A stretch of DNA of 64,000 bases from assembly GCA_977020255.1 (NCBI GenBank), contig CDROCS010000370.1, positions 1,984,001 through 2,048,000 of the forward strand. Direction: 5' to 3'. The DNA is from Obrimoposthia wandeli (taxonomy: Eukaryota). The notes under the pieces are model-generated. The model saw nothing but the letters and a program-made list of their open reading frames with translations, was not told the DNA's origin and ran no database searches. Below, in pieces: positions 1-15,500 of the stretch. The stretch's first letter is position 1. Each line of letters opens with the position of its first letter. The position numbers and the translations under genes are program-made.

Positions 1-45
1 AAATTATGGTAGATTAAATCTTTTAAACTTTTATGTATATTGCAG

Positions 46-288
46 ACACATATAACATGCCGAAAATTGGAATGGATTTGTAATAAATGTACATTTATCA
101 ATAAAGCTATAAATGTTCAGTGTGATATTTGTCTTAGTGTTAATCAAATTGAATCTTCAAAGATTAATGCTAAAAAATTCTTGAAGCCTTTATCTAGAGA
201 TCAAAGCATTGACGAATCCATAGTTCCAGATGATTTGAGTAAAGATTTAATTAAAGCAAAAAGGATTCGTGATAAAATCGTCTCCAAA
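46..288 (+). CDS. CAPN15: CAPN15 exon with RanBP2-type zinc finger
   Basis: Acceptor TTGCAG at 40-45; WICNKCTFINKAINVQCDIC fits W-x-C-x2-C-x3-N-x6-C-x2-C; donor GT at 289. Confidence 0.85.
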
Positions 289-3200
289 GTATTTTCTATA
301 TTCTCAGGAAGTGTTTAACAGTTTTCAGATAGAGAAGGGCAATAAATTTGTGGATGTAGAGTTTCCAGCTTGTAGCTCATCGATAGGTACCTGTGAATCG
401 CCTGAAAGAAGCGGTAAATTGGGTCTGGGTGCCGTTATGAAGTGGCTACGACCGGAGAATCTGCGTGGAGATGAGTACAGTGATACAACCATGAGTTGGA
501 CTGTGCTGCGCAATCCCTCAAGCGAAGACATTGTACAGGGACGACTTGGAAATTGTTGGTAAAAAATTTCGACGTGTTTTGTAGAGAAATATCTATAAAG
601 AAGCAATATTTAAGCACCATAAATCTCAGATTAAAATACACAAACATTTATAGACATTTAGAGTACCATAAAAAACATTCTCAGGAAGATTTAGATTGTT
701 TAATACCGATTTTATGTGTTTTGTAAAAACATTATTAATTTGTGACATAATTATTTGGATTATGTTCTTTGTATTCTCAATTTTGCTGTTCTCTTAACGT
801 GTAGAGAACAAATTGTTAATTTAAAATGACCTAGTTGGTCAGATCTTAAGACAGCGTACATTGGAAAGTCTTGAATGAGCGAGTTCGCAGTTGAAATGGA
901 TACTGTCGATTGCAAACTGTTTTTTGTCGGTGACTCATTGTAAATTTGTCTTACTTTCTCTAGTTTCAGGAATAAATCGGTATTATTAACAGAGGGAATA
1001 AAGGGTGAGATGTTTTTTTAATTGCCAAAAATGATTTTGTTGCGTGATATGGCGATATTGGTGACGAAATTCTGGATCCGGATTGTAGCTTGGTCACCCT
1101 CTTGGTCATGCGTCTTAAATAGTTTTAAATATCGAAAACACCAACTCTGCTATGTTTCTCCCTGCATGGCAACGTCCCCCCACACTTACACCAGAGTTGC
1201 GGTCAATCCTATAATTGTTTTCTTAAATAATAGAATACCTAAAATGATCTATCCAAATCTTCAGAAACATCTAATAGTTCACAAACTATCTTTCTTTACT
1301 CGGGGTATTATCTCCATTTTCTCCATATATTTTAAGTAAATATGTGACACTATTTTACGACACTATTCAATTTTAATACAAAGACTATAGGAGAACAGTA
1401 CCCAGTACCTTTTTCTTTGTACGTGTGTGTATGACTGTATATAGTAGGTAATTAAGCAATTTCCATGGCTTCATTGATTTATATTAGATGCTGATTCCAT
1501 TGGTAAGTTTCAATAAGTATTATTATTTGTATGTTTCTTATATTATAGAGTTTCTACCTTGATTTTTTACAACGACACTGTACAATTGGAGTAGGTGTAT
1601 ATGCGTAACAATACATGTTTTGTAATTGTACGGAACTTTTATAACCAATTTTGTAGTAGATTTATTTTTCAATTAATATTAAAAAAACTATTTATAAACT
1701 ATAAATTTATTTTTCAATTAATATTAAAAAAACTATTTATAAACTATAAATTCATTTTAAGACCCATAACTGTTTTTAAATGACTTCAAAATTATTTAAC
1801 AACCAAAACTTACTTTTATCTGGATGCTTTGGAGTTTTCCAGTATTCTCTTATCCACAAGAATTGTCGTCTTTCTGGTAGTTAACCAAGCACTCTTTAAT
1901 GTTATAAGATGAGATGCATTTATAAAGCATCAGAATCTAATGGTAGCAGTTGTAGCAAATGTTGTAGCAGTATTTCTTAAATAGGAAAGTATTCGGCATT
2001 GTTTAAGATTTTTCTATATTCTGACAATTATTATAGTCAAATATTCAGTCTTGTTTTTGGGTTGAGACTTTTACAATTAGTTTTTGCGACACTTCACTTC
2101 TCTCGATAACCATTGCAGATTTAAAAGATTTTGTGTTATGCAGTTTTTTACTAATTTTGTAGCTTTGTTATGCAATTGTTTATTAGGCAAGTTGTGGAGC
2201 AGTGATTTCTGAAGTCTAATCTTGAACTAATAACTGAGCGAGTAACCATAATAGTCGCTTCTCTCAATAGATACCGAGGGATCCTAGATATATTCCTGAT
2301 TGATAATTACAAGTCTTGATCTTATTGTTTATCTACTAAGTTATGGTCATTTGCATCTAATAAACAACATTTACTCTCGTATGTAATCTTTGACATCAAT
2401 TTTAGTGTTCATGGGCTTCTCAAGCATGGATTTGAAAAAATCCCGCGGTCTGTATTTGTATTATGGGAGAACTTTTGTCATGTGCTCTTAGTATGTGGAT
2501 GTGTCCGGTCTAATCCACCTCCCTCCCTCCATGGGGGGCTACTACTGTCCTTCAAAACCGTGCATGTGTGTAGTGACATTTAAAAAAAAATAAAAAGCAA
2601 CGAATGGGGGTCGGGTAAAAAATATTTTCCAAATTTGATATTGAATACTTTAAATATTTCACGTGATCATCTATTAAAAATTCCACGAAATATTTACTGT
2701 CCATATCATGATCATAGTGACCATTGCAAAGATGAAATGGGAACAAGGGTGCCTATGTGGAAAATTGATCGTGCTCATATTCCTATGTTTTAACTTTTTT
2801 TCATTTTGCATGTAATAAATTGTAATCGGCTTTATTCAATTTTACTATGTTTCTTTCATTTGGCAATTAATAATCAGTTTTATTTTTTCATAATATTTGT
2901 ATCTTATATGTATTTTTTTTATAAACATTGTTTTTTAATCAGTTTTCTTATTTTAAAATGGATCCTCTTCTGAGATATGTAGGAAATTTTTATTATCCAG
3001 AAAGAATTTCAAAAGGAAATCTATGTAATATATTAAAGAGGCATCAAATTATACTAGTTATAAATCCTGTGAAAATATCAAAAGTGGAGAATAAATATCT
3101 CATCGAAATTTTAACAACATCTGATATTGATCATTTAAAAAATATTTTGGGATTTTACATTCCTGATTATGTATATGAAGGAAATTCTTTCCAGCTTGAA

Positions 3201-6200
3201 ACTGATTCCAGTCTGGCTTTTAGAGATTATCTAGGATATTTGATAGCTCCAATTTTAGATGGAATATCTCAATACGTCTAATGGATATTTTACTGATGAC
3301 GGGAAAATGCAGCCTCTTTGTACTTTGAGTGAAGCCAATATGGTGTTTTATGTTTAATAAATGTTTGAAAATAATTTTGACTAGTATTTTGTTTTTCTCC
3401 TCTAAATTATATAGATCTGACCTAATTTTTTCTCTTATATATTTGACCTAGATATTTAACAAAAACATGTAGTAATTTATTAATCTTTCTAGTAGTAGTA
3501 ATAGATTCACATGAACATATTATTTAAAATCTCGGAAACAATGTTTGAATGCATTTGAAAAATGTGTGTTCTTTGATACTGGCGCTATCAATATGTCTTT
3601 TCTTTTATATTTATTATTGAGCTATTAAATTTTTTTTTAATTTAACATTTATCTAAATCTTAAAATTGTCAAATTTTTTTCTCTATGTGTTTAAACCTGC
3701 TTTTCTATAAAAGCCCATCTCATTCATTATGATTAATTCAGGCTGTTGACGGGTTTGGCGCTAATTGCTGACAAATGGGCGCTGTTAGACCGCATCGTTA
3801 TCACAAAGCAGATTGACCCCCACGGAATCTATCAGGTGCGACTGTGTAAGGATGGGTTTTGGCAGGTCGTCACTATCGACGACTTATTTCCGGCCAACCA
3901 CTTCGACAAGATGATCTATTCGCGGGTGAGCAACCAGCATCAGTGTCTCAAAGTTGATAATTTGCAGCTGGAATTTCTTAGCATGGCAACATCCAGAATA
4001 TTGAGTTTGCAAAAATGATAAATTAGTTCTATGATCCACGGCCAACATTAAAACCTCGGAAGGCGTCCCAAAACAATCTTTATATCTCCATTTTACATTA
4101 AATGTTTCAGAAGTTTACTTCAATAGCTTGGAATTTAAATATATTAAAATCTATGTTTTTATATTTTGTAAAAACAAATTGCGAAGTTTTATTTAAATCT
4201 ATTAATTTTGAGTATAGTAATGAGCTCTATCTCTACTATCCCATAGACAAAAAGCACATGTATTTAGTATATTCTGATTGCACCCTAGTGAGCATAGCTA
4301 TTACTTTAAAATCACCACAATAAGCCAATTATGATGGTCACAATTAAGTAGCTCTGGATTTTTATTCAAAATGCCATATTTTTCTTTAGCTTTTATGGAA
4401 ATGGATGAATATTCTTTATCACTATGCAGTAGAGAAACTTTTAGACTAATTATAGTAGCATCAATAAACAGCCACCAATCAATATTGGTTGAAAAATCGA
4501 TTGTTACTTATGTTAGAATTGATGTAACATCATTTAACTGGTTCCCTGGACATACTGTTTGATTGATCTGTCCATGGCATGGGTGTACTAAATGTCAACT
4601 TCAATTTTCTGAATGACTACATAGATAATGATTATGAACATTTTTAAAATTTATTTTTATTTTTACATTGTAAGAGGCCAAAATAAATACAGTAATTAAA
4701 AACCCATACTGGAATATAAGCCCAGGTCTTAGTTATTTTTAAATACGTTTTAATTTACATATAATCCCCACCAGTATATAATCCCACGTGGAAATTTGTT
4801 TAAAACTATTTTTAAAAAGAAAACAAGTTGTGTAAAATAATTTTTAAAAAGTGTAAATTATGGTGTGATGCGAGCAAAATAGCTTGTGGTTGTGTTGTCG
4901 AATTTGATGGGAAAATTATAGAAGATGGTAGTTGGCTGAGGCCGGAAAATGATGATGCTCACGTAGCTGTAATAAAAGGTTTAAATATGGAACTAAAATG
5001 GAGTCCGAAAACGATTGAGATAATTACAGATTCTAGAGTGGTACATGGATAGATGACAGTTTTTTTAAATAGAGATAAAAAATTAAAGGGACTGGATTTA
5101 GCGAAATTTTAGTGAGAAAAAGCTACATACAATAGAAAACACCTTAAAAGAATAGGATATAGCTTGGTGTGTTAAATGGGTAAGTTCTGAAAATAACATT
5201 GCTGACAAAACGACAAGAGTCAAACAGTCCTGGGTACAGTCCAATGTATGTTGTTTGGCTGTACATGCAGTGGTGTTAGACGCAGAAAAAATAAAAAGCA
5301 TCGTGGAGGAGTAAAAACAACTCAGAATCTTATACAGAGAAGCGGAAAAAGAGCGACAAATGATGATACGAAGAGAGTCGTGTCTAATTGCGAAGAATGT
5401 AAGAGTATAGATCCAGCGCCGAAGAATGGGGTGTAAACATTTGTTTTAGGTGTGCATACAGACCAGCTACCAATGGAATAATTGAAAAGTGTCACCGAAC
5501 TGTAAAATGAATTGCAGCACGGTCAAGGATTCCAACTTGAAGGCAAATTTCTGGTGTAATGTTTCAATTCGTGGGGAAGGTGTTGGAAAAGGTATACAGT
5601 AAAATTACCTGATGAGGAAATCTAGGATTTGGATGCTATCAACCGTACAAGTTATGAAATATCTAGGGAGTATTTGGGGAACAAAAAATAATAAAACATA
5701 TATTAAGTTTGTATATTATAAAAAGAATGTATAAATCATTAGTTGTATTTATATTTCTTTTCTTACTGTACAGTCAGTACCATGAGCTTATTGAGACGTT
5801 GTGCCATTTTGTTAGGTAAAATATTATGTTGACTAAACGACTGCTCAAATTAGCAAACGAGACAAGTAATAATAGGTCTAATTTATATGCCTTTGAATAT
5901 TGGAAAACATTTCGTTAATCTCAGAATGCATCATGATGCATACACAACTTGTTAATTGAGCTGGCGCAGTTTTCAGTGTCTAGCAAGTAATATAAATTCT
6001 GGACATTTTTTCTGGATAATCACAACACATAAAATCCAACATCATCACTGTTCTGACTACATTATCTCTGGCAATTATATAGCCAAAATTCCACACACAC
6101 ATACGCACGCATGTGTGTGCAAACAAAGCATTTTAAAATGCATTTTACAACATCAGCCTCATATTGCCCATTTGAAAATTCTTTCATACTAATGCCGATT

Positions 6201-6474
6201 AAGCAACACATGTAACACATGCCACATCAGCATTAAGTCAAAAACAGTATCAAAATCTGATCTCATGTTGATTCTATCATTTGAATGGCATGCTGTCAAT
6301 CTACCTCACTGACTATGCTTACAAGAGAAGCCTTTCAACTTTGACGCTCATAATTGAATGAAATTTTGCATATAGTTAGATAGTTAGAAAAATATTATAC
6401 TTCCCCAAGATGTTTCCGTACGATCTCAAAATATTTCTCTATTTACACCAAGAAAACGCTATATATGTTATATG

Positions 6475-6524
<50 letters not shown>

Positions 6525-9500
6525 TTTGAAAATATTGGAAATTAAGGATGATTTCAAGAAAAGATAATTCCTATATATACATGAATTATTTTACTCGAAA
6601 TAATTTTCATTTATAATATTTTTGATAAAACAAATATCTTCTTTTTCTCGTGTTTTTTTCAGCTAAATGCATATTTATTTTGAGCTCAAACGGAAAAGTC
6701 TTGAAGAATAAAATATTTTACCATTGTCTATCTATTTGCAAAAATCCATTAAATTGTGAGCGCCTAGGTGGGATTCTTTCCTTTGTTAAAGATGAATCAT
6801 CCCACGAATTTAACTCTGAATGTTTAACTTCTGTATGGAAATGTGTCAGCAAGTTTTGATCTATTGTTTTTATCTAAGATATGAATTTTGATTGTCTTTT
6901 CAGTGTTTTGAAATGGCCAGAAGTCTCTAAATCTTACTGAGGCGAAAGAGTGCCACTGAAGGTAGTGTAATGTGCAGGCCAATCGCAAGCAGTTGTGGGT
7001 GTCCCTTATCGAGAAGGCCGCTGCCAAGCTGGCAGGATCCTACTCAGCACTGAGTCTAGGCCATTGCGCAGATGGGATGTCCGCTTTGACTGGAAGCCCA
7101 TGTGAGACGTTACGTCTGGTGGACTTGCCTGGCCTCGGTGATTCTGCAGAGGCAGCAACGGATCGGAGTCGAGAGGAGATTTACGGCCCTGTCCAGGATG
7201 TATGTGTAGAATGGAGTGCTGCTAACAGGCACCCTGGCGAGCTGGACACTGCTGATTCTACATGGGCTAAGATTCTCTCCGCCAAACAGGTTAAAACTGA
7301 CAAAAAATAATAGTGTATCTTATACTACTTATGATTAACAGCTGCTCTTTTTTTTAATATTATTTCGATATGGGTTTCAAAGTATTATCAAAACCTTTGT
7401 CTAAAGTGTTTCAACTAGAATTTTCTAATGTTGAATCCTATAAGGGTCTTTTACACTGCGTTTTTTGATATTTTGTGATATTTGAAGCACTTTGATTTTC
7501 AATCAATTTTTATCATCAGATAATTTAACTCTTTTCTTTTCTTAGCAGCAATTATATTTGTATAACAATTAAATTAAATGTTATTAATTTCTTCAGATCG
7601 GCAGCCATGAGTAGTAGATTTGTCCATCGACGTTGGGATTGATGAAGTGAGGATTCTACCCCGGAACTACATCGTCTCGAGAGATTCACCATATCCAACT
7701 GCTAGCTGATGTTTACTACAAACAAATACACATATTCCCTGCTCGCTATCAAATATAAAACAATTGTCAAAGTATGTAGAGAACACACGCAGTTGAGAAT
7801 AAGTTATATAAGAATTTATGTATTTGCAGCTTCAAACTTTTACGTTATTTTATGTGAGTCACCGTCTACAGTCTATTACTGCCTGATATTATTCTCACTA
7901 AACTCCGATCTCAGATAATATTAATTTCTTACTTATCTTGCTCTTGCTCTGCCTAAGTTGTATGTAAGTCATGTAAGTATTCTCTGTTGTATCTGTATAT
8001 TTCTCTCGACTCGTGATAGTAATTTCACAACTAATCCCGACTCAACTAATATTACCGTGATGTATGACGGCTTGGATTTTTGTTTTTGTTTAATTGAAAT
8101 TCTGATTTCAGGGGAAAATACTGTCCACGTGCCTGCAGTGCAGTGTATAAATATATTAAAAATGTATTTTTAATATATTTTAAGATAAGATTCATTTTTA
8201 AATTTAAAATTTAATTAGTAATTAACATTCTAAAATAGATTTATTATATTATAAAGTTTCTTTAAATTGATATACTTGTTTTAGTATGTGCATAATGGCG
8301 ATTTTAACGAATTTAGAGAAAGTATTTATTTATTTTATCATCAATAAACTGATAGGCAATGCAGAAATAGCAACAAAAAACTATACAGAATTAGACAGAT
8401 TATAAAAATGTAGAAACAATGTCACAGGTTTACCCCAGAATGGCACTCACAATTGAAATTAAACATAAGATGTATCTACAATAGAAAATTATTTTTACTG
8501 CTTGTCTATTAAAACAAACTCTCTTAAATAGAAGTGTTTTGACACAAACATAGCTATAATGCTTTCTCACATGGCACAATACGTTTGGCATTTAATTTAA
8601 ATATAATGGGAAATTTATTGGTTCAATAAAAAAGTACTGTTGTATTATCTCACCATAAAGTTCTGATGGGTCTCTTTCACATGAAGGCCAACTATGTGAT
8701 GTGCGCATCATGTGGAAGCAGCGAACACGAAGAAGTGGAAGAAAATACAGACTCGAGCGATTTCTTGGTTCAGCTTCGTCACCTGGGACTCAGCAATCTT
8801 CACGCCTACGCAGTCCTCGATGCCTGTGACCTTGACGCCGGCAAGATCAGGCTGCTAAGGCTCAAGAATCCTTGGGCGCGTCTCACTTGGCGAGGACAAT
8901 GGAGCGATGGGTGAGTGGTCCTCATCTTCACAAGATACGGCCACTACAGTTGAAGCCCTCACATATCCGGCTTCCTTTGGTGTCGCCAGATATAGCTATA
9001 TTCAAGTCATAGGACATACATCTCCAGTCAACTTGTCATATGTAGTAGAAACATTTGGCAGTTCTGGTTATATCTTCACCAGAAGTTTGTAACCAGGTTT
9101 AAGTTCTTTCTGATAAGAGTCAGGCTACAAGATCTTCTGTTACACCAATACTAACACAGAAGTTCTATTCGGAGTTGTGTGTGGGTTTATGCTTACGTTA
9201 TCTTTTTATTTCCTTTTTGGCGCCCTTGGTTAACTTTAGTGATATAATAGGGCTCTTCACAGGCAACTCAATGTACATGCTCACTTTCTGCATGATATTT
9301 TAGAACAACGACTAGGAGACGATATGTATGACAGCTATCAACGTTCCCTAAGGATTCTGTGATAATTAGTGCATCGGCTGATCTGTATTGTGCAGACATC
9401 CAAGCTGGCAGCGACTGCCAAAGAGCACCATGCAGTCTCTACAACCTCCTGGAGTCAGTGGAGCGTCGACAGGAGTCTTCTGGATCGACTGGGAAGACCT

Positions 9501-12500
9501 GTGCACCTTCTTCTTTGCCTTGGACATATGCGAATGTCATCCTGGCAATGACTGTGCTTCTGGTTTGGGCTGGCATGAAGTACGCACGAGGACCCACCTG
9601 CCTTGGCCTGTTTGGGTGGATTGGATCAATCCTCACGAGGCTCCTTTGCTGCAGCGTCCACGATTGGATAATCGAGAACACAGTGAGTGGACCAATACAA
9701 GTTTATCATACAGTGAGTGAACCAATAGTAGTCGACTACACATTTAATAAACCAATAAGACTCGAATATATTTTGATGTAATATATATTTATATGTATAT
9801 TTTGGAATTATAGTTTCAAACAAATGTGCTCTTTTACTGTTTTCTTTCAGATTTCTGTTAAATTTAGCTTTTTGTTTATTTTGTTAACATTAACATATAT
9901 TCTAGAAAGGAATTTTTATAAATCCAATTTGATTTTACACCAATAGTGGCCGAACGTTTTTGTCAAATGTTAATTGTTTCTTTAACTTTGTTTAATTCAC
10001 CATGTACCCTATATTCTTCAAATAACTTATTTCTCGCTTTACAAACTCTTCTTTGCCCTTTTAAACTATATCACTAAGATTATTTGCTTTATGCTGAGTC
10101 AAATCCAAATCTTCTGCTATTTGGGAATATGATTTACCTTTGCTTCTCAATTTTTCAACTACTTTTTATGAGATCTTCTGACATTATATTTTAAGATTCA
10201 AAAACTAAAATTTGTAGAGTTTCCAGTCGTGTTTCATCTCAGTAACTTTCTTACTCTTACTCTTACTCAGTCCTCTGTTAAGTGCACTGGTGCTGTCAAT
10301 TATCTGCAAATTCACCACTGGCATTTTATGTGTTAGGCGTTTATAAGTCATTAGAGGCACCCGGTACCGTTCTAGTAAAATTGCAGTCGAATAATGTGTA
10401 ATTACTTATGCCCAGAACTCCATATGTTGGGAATGCAGCTAATTAATACAGCTGGTGATTGTTTGCTGAATTCGTTTCCCTTACATGTAGTAGTGGTCTT
10501 CTATTCTGGGGAACAACCAAACTCCCAGAACTCAACAATTTACAATGCGTGTTTCTATTGCGCTCTTAATATAGAGGAGGATGATTCCGGATATTTGGCA
10601 CAATCTTGAGGGGTATGTAAAGATACTGGCAGAAAAGAGCAGAAGACAAATACCATTTCAAATGAAGCATGATCTTGTTAGTCACCAAAAAAAATCAAAG
10701 AGCACAAGCTTGTCAGAAAAATCATAAATAAGCAAGATTCACGTTTTATAAAACAGGGTATGGGGTCAAATTTATAGATACATTATGAAATTTAAAGAAT
10801 TTTGTGAAAAGTGTGCTACTGTTTCCTTTGTATGAAATAACCGATAAGCTTTCGAATTTAGGCACCTGGTAAATTATCATATTTCCCAATTACCTGTAAT
10901 GTATCCTACGTTATGTGAGTAGGGCGAAGGGGTTCTTTTGGCTCAACCCCGTATGCAAGTGAACGAGAATACCCTAGCGATTTGTGTGTTACCACGAAAA
11001 CCTCGGTACAAACCGTCACCACGGCAATCAATACATGCTTCTTTACCATGCCAAGCCAAGTGTGTATTGTTGCTTTGACAACCGCGACACGTTCCGTAAC
11101 CATGGCTTTGTTTTATTATTCTATTTTTTCGTGAGATTTTTAATTTTTTTTAAATTTTCAAAAAAAAATTTATTAAGACATATTTTAATTTTAATGAACA
11201 CTTTTTTGAGCTAATTAATTCATTAATACAGTAAAACAAACATAATAACAGTTAACTACAATCTTCTATAGATTATTTGTTTTAAATAATTTAAAGATTA
11301 ACTAGAATGTTCTAGAAACACATCATTTGACTCATTGGTAAATCTGTCCATCGATTTTATGTATAAACGATGAAATATTTTATTAATTTTGAAAAATATG
11401 CAGGCAATTATCGATTTGTATCAGCATGTTCCTACTTATCATGGTAACGAGATGCATTTTCTCCAGAACCCCATCCATTACAATTTCATATATCCAGTAT
11501 CAGTGGAAAAACATAAATTCAGTTACATAATTTCAAATATTATTAAAGCTGATGTTGAGAGAATAAATAAAATACTTACAAAAATTAATTGTGAGTATCG
11601 TTTACAAGAACCCAAATTCATTGTCAAAGGAGATGAAGCAATTTTAGAAATGTAAATGGATCAATATTAATTGAATGGCCAACTGGATTACGATGGAATA
11701 TCAAGATACAAGGATACAATATCGGACCTAGTGGATTGGTTACTTCTGTTTGGAAAATAATCAATGGAATAAAAAAGTATTATTGTTTTTGGTATCTTTA
11801 TTTTTTCTTTTATAAGCAATAGTAATTTAATAATATTTAATAAGAAAATGAGTAAAAAGGCTGGTACTAAAAAATCAACAAATATTAAAAAGCTTAAATG
11901 ATGAAGGGGGAATGTTATTTTTTGGTAGGGAATGTTTTAAGTACATGGCTTGGTGGAGTTGATACGAAAGCTTTAAAATTGAAAAATAATATGTATTATA
12001 TTCAAGGTATACAAAAAAATTGGTTTACGTGATATTTTTGAAGAACTACATAAAGTATTAACTGCAAATGGTAGAGACCTCATGCATATATTGGTACAAA
12101 CTTTATTGGGAAACGATCCAAAAATCCACTTTTAAAATATAAAACTAATAAAAAAACTACTAACATCGATTTTTTTTCTCGTATAGGTTTACCTTACGAC
12201 GTAACCTAGAGTAAAATATATTTTGATCCTAACAACAGCGTACATTCCATACAGTATGACATCATTTGATTTTCTAAGGCATGTACACAATAGTTTTTTC
12301 AGGGTTACATTTGCATCAAATCTGTATTCAATTTATCTATTATCTAAGACCAAATCTTATAAGCAATATCATAATGAATAATAATAACCAAGATAGACCA
12401 AGTAGATATATTGGTTCAGGAAGTCATATATATATGCTAATATGAACTAAAACAGAAAACATTAGCCCTAATACACAAACAATTACATCTGCTAGTAGCA

Positions 12501-15500
12501 TGTCTACTGAAAGAGAACCATTTAAAGATCTTATGAATACTCGCTTTTCTTCAAATTATTAAATATTTGAATCATTTGATTATTTATATCTTTCTTACAT
12601 CCTTCACCACCGCCAGTTAGAAACCATTCTAAATAATATGTACAAAGTATATTGAGGATAATTCCGTGAAAAGTGCCAGGACTGCAAATGATTTTGAGTG
12701 GAATATTATAAATTGAAGGTTAATTCTCTGTTTGGTAATTTAATAGAGAATTTAATGAAGAGAATTAACATTCATATTTGTAATACGTCACAGAAGCTTA
12801 AGGCATAAGTAAGGCATAACTCTGTAGGGCGATAGAAATCGACACTAACGTAATAGCTGTTTTGCTAAATATGAGAAATGTCGTTTTAGATTGTCATAGT
12901 TATATAGGTCAGGCAGTTCTAAATTTGAGTAAGTTAAGGATGTATGAGCTTCAATATGTTAAATTATTGAGAAATATATATGTCATTTTAAGTGTGACAT
13001 TCGAATAATTGCTGGTGATAGTTTTTTCTAAAGTGGGATAGTGTAGATGTGCAAGCTTCACTGTTTCCAGCAATGATTTCATATGGATTATTAGACATAT
13101 CGAAATTCTCTATAAATCATCCATTATTTACTGTAGTCAATACTGCGATAGGCAAATATAAGAATGAGAGTAAGAGTGTCTGTAGATATAAGCACTGGGT
13201 AATTTTACGCCCCAACTAATATAGCTTAGAAACTATAGACAGAGGGCTCCAGTTGAGAGCAAAGGAATTAGCCTTACGCAGACTGCGCTACGTCATGTGA
13301 ATTATTTAGCTACTTATAAGTGTTGGGCTAGTGAATTAATGCAACAACAATGCATTAGTTCAATTAATCACCAGCTCTATACCGTAAATGTGAGTAGATC
13401 GCATTGAGTAGCAATGACGATAAGAGAAAATGAGTAGAAAAAAACCGACAACATCGATATCCACATGTTTTTTCACTTGAATGATTGTTTTTGTATGTTT
13501 GAATTTATGTCACAAATTTATTGTACCTTCTTTTTTCTCTTTGGTTTAGTATAATAAATATTTATATCCAATTTGTCAATGCCTTTTTGATGTATTTTTT
13601 GTAAAATTTCTAAAATATTTCGAAGTATAATATTTATTAAAAACTTTTCTTGAGTAAAAATTTATTTCTAAAATATAAAAATTTTAATAATAGTTTTTAG
13701 AAAATTTCAAAATAATTTAGAAAATTTCAAAAATCTAAAAATCACGCGAAAAATAGATAATAAAACCTAACCAAGTCAACGGTAAGTGTTACGGTTACCA
13801 GGGTAACACATATCAATTGTTGCTAGGGTCTTCATGTTCATTTACAAACGGGAGTAAAGACACAAAACCCACTTCGCCCTACTTATGTGTGCACTTGAAT
13901 TAGTCATTAAAGTATTCATCATTGTTTCCTATGTATAAAAATATATATATTTGAATAAAACATTGTTAACTTTCTCTTGATCTATTTAATAGTTAACAGA
14001 CAACAGAGATATATATTTGGAATTGATTATTTATTTGAAAACTTTAACATTTCTGAAATATCTCAAGGTCATTTACGTCTTTTATATGCAGAGACACCTG
14101 CCAATCGATCGTATTCTCCAGTGCCAGGGATAGAGTTGGACTCTAATACTTGTGCTTTTCTGACTCTAACCAAGTCATGTCAAGTGCAAGTGGTATTATG
14201 GCAACCGGTCTCGTCGAATAGCAGATGTCAAGGTTCCGAATTCACTACAAAGTTAGTTGAAGTCACAATAGTTATTTCTTTTAAAAATATTTTATAATAT
14301 GCTACTTACAATTATCAATAATATACCTAACAGGAAGGTATTTAAATTCCTTTAATCTTTTGGATTCTGAATCCTTCGCTTCTTGCTTTTGAAGGCCATC
14401 ATTTCTAAAATTTATTTTATTAACAAAATTCAAATCAATTTAAGTCAATTAGAATTTGCTATAACTTATATAAATATAATATTATGTAATTTACGTGTAT
14501 TTAATTTTGAATTTTAAGGGTTGTGGGTCGAAATAAATACAAAATTTAAATAGCATGAGGTCCAAAATTAGACAATGTGAGCCAGGTTTTACTCGCATGT
14601 TGTAGGTTGGTACCCCTGTTCAAAAGCAATCTAATCATATTTTTAACGCGTTTGTGTGTTTATTCGTATTGAAAACCATATTGTATATCAAAATAAATGA
14701 CTGTCTATTAAGTCTTTATAGAGTTACCATCCTCAAAGAAGTAAATAGCTGCGCGAAGAGAAATGGGAGCTATTTTGATTTAATTCATTACAACAATAAA
14801 AAATAATTATCATATCTTAATTTAATAATTTTTGTTAGACATACATGCAATAAAATTCGCGTATTTTTGTTAGGTTTATTTTAAAATATAAAGTTAAATA
14901 AAAAAATAGAACAACTTAATCTACTTTTAGTAGAGCGGATTCTTAAGAATAGTAAAAGAAATTGTTTTAATTTTAAAAATGTTGAAAGAAAAGTTTGTGG
15001 TGCTAATATTTTTTTTGTTTTTTAAATTTTGATTCAAATAGAAACGTTGATTGAACAGGTGTAAAAACGTAAAATTTCCGTATTTTAAAATTGGTAAAAA
15101 TAATTTTTAACTAAGTGTTTATTTGGCTGTTTAATTAGATTTGGTGAGTTTTAGGAAACCTGTGTATGCTACTGAATGGAAACTGTTCTAGGTCGTCACC
15201 TCTGGACCTGCTGCTAGTGGTCTGCCGCGGCTATCAGGAACATCCTGTTGGTCCTGTTGTTGCAGCGTCCAATCGACAGACGAGCAACTACGTTGTGTGT
15301 GATGTGCTGTTAGACCCCGGCAGTTACAGCCTCTTCTATATCAGTCTTTATCACTACCAGGTACGTTTCCGGGTTAAATGGCTGCCCAAGAACACACTCG
15401 TTCTTCAATCTGAAACTTTGGTAAAACGTGCTCTTCTTTCCAAACCGGTCTAGACAATTGGGATGCTCATTAGCTTACCACGGCGATTGTAATAACCGTG

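Noticed and set aside
8920-9340. Moderately GC-rich intronic stretch as an extra exon
   Set aside because: Stops in the relevant frames, and the flanking exons already join in phase.
9359-9823. ORFs 9359-9781, 9369-9551, 9439-9681 and 9626-9823
   Set aside because: Alternative frames over the GC-rich calpain exon 9396-9682; the same applies to 325-606, 31895-32080 and 33648-33845.
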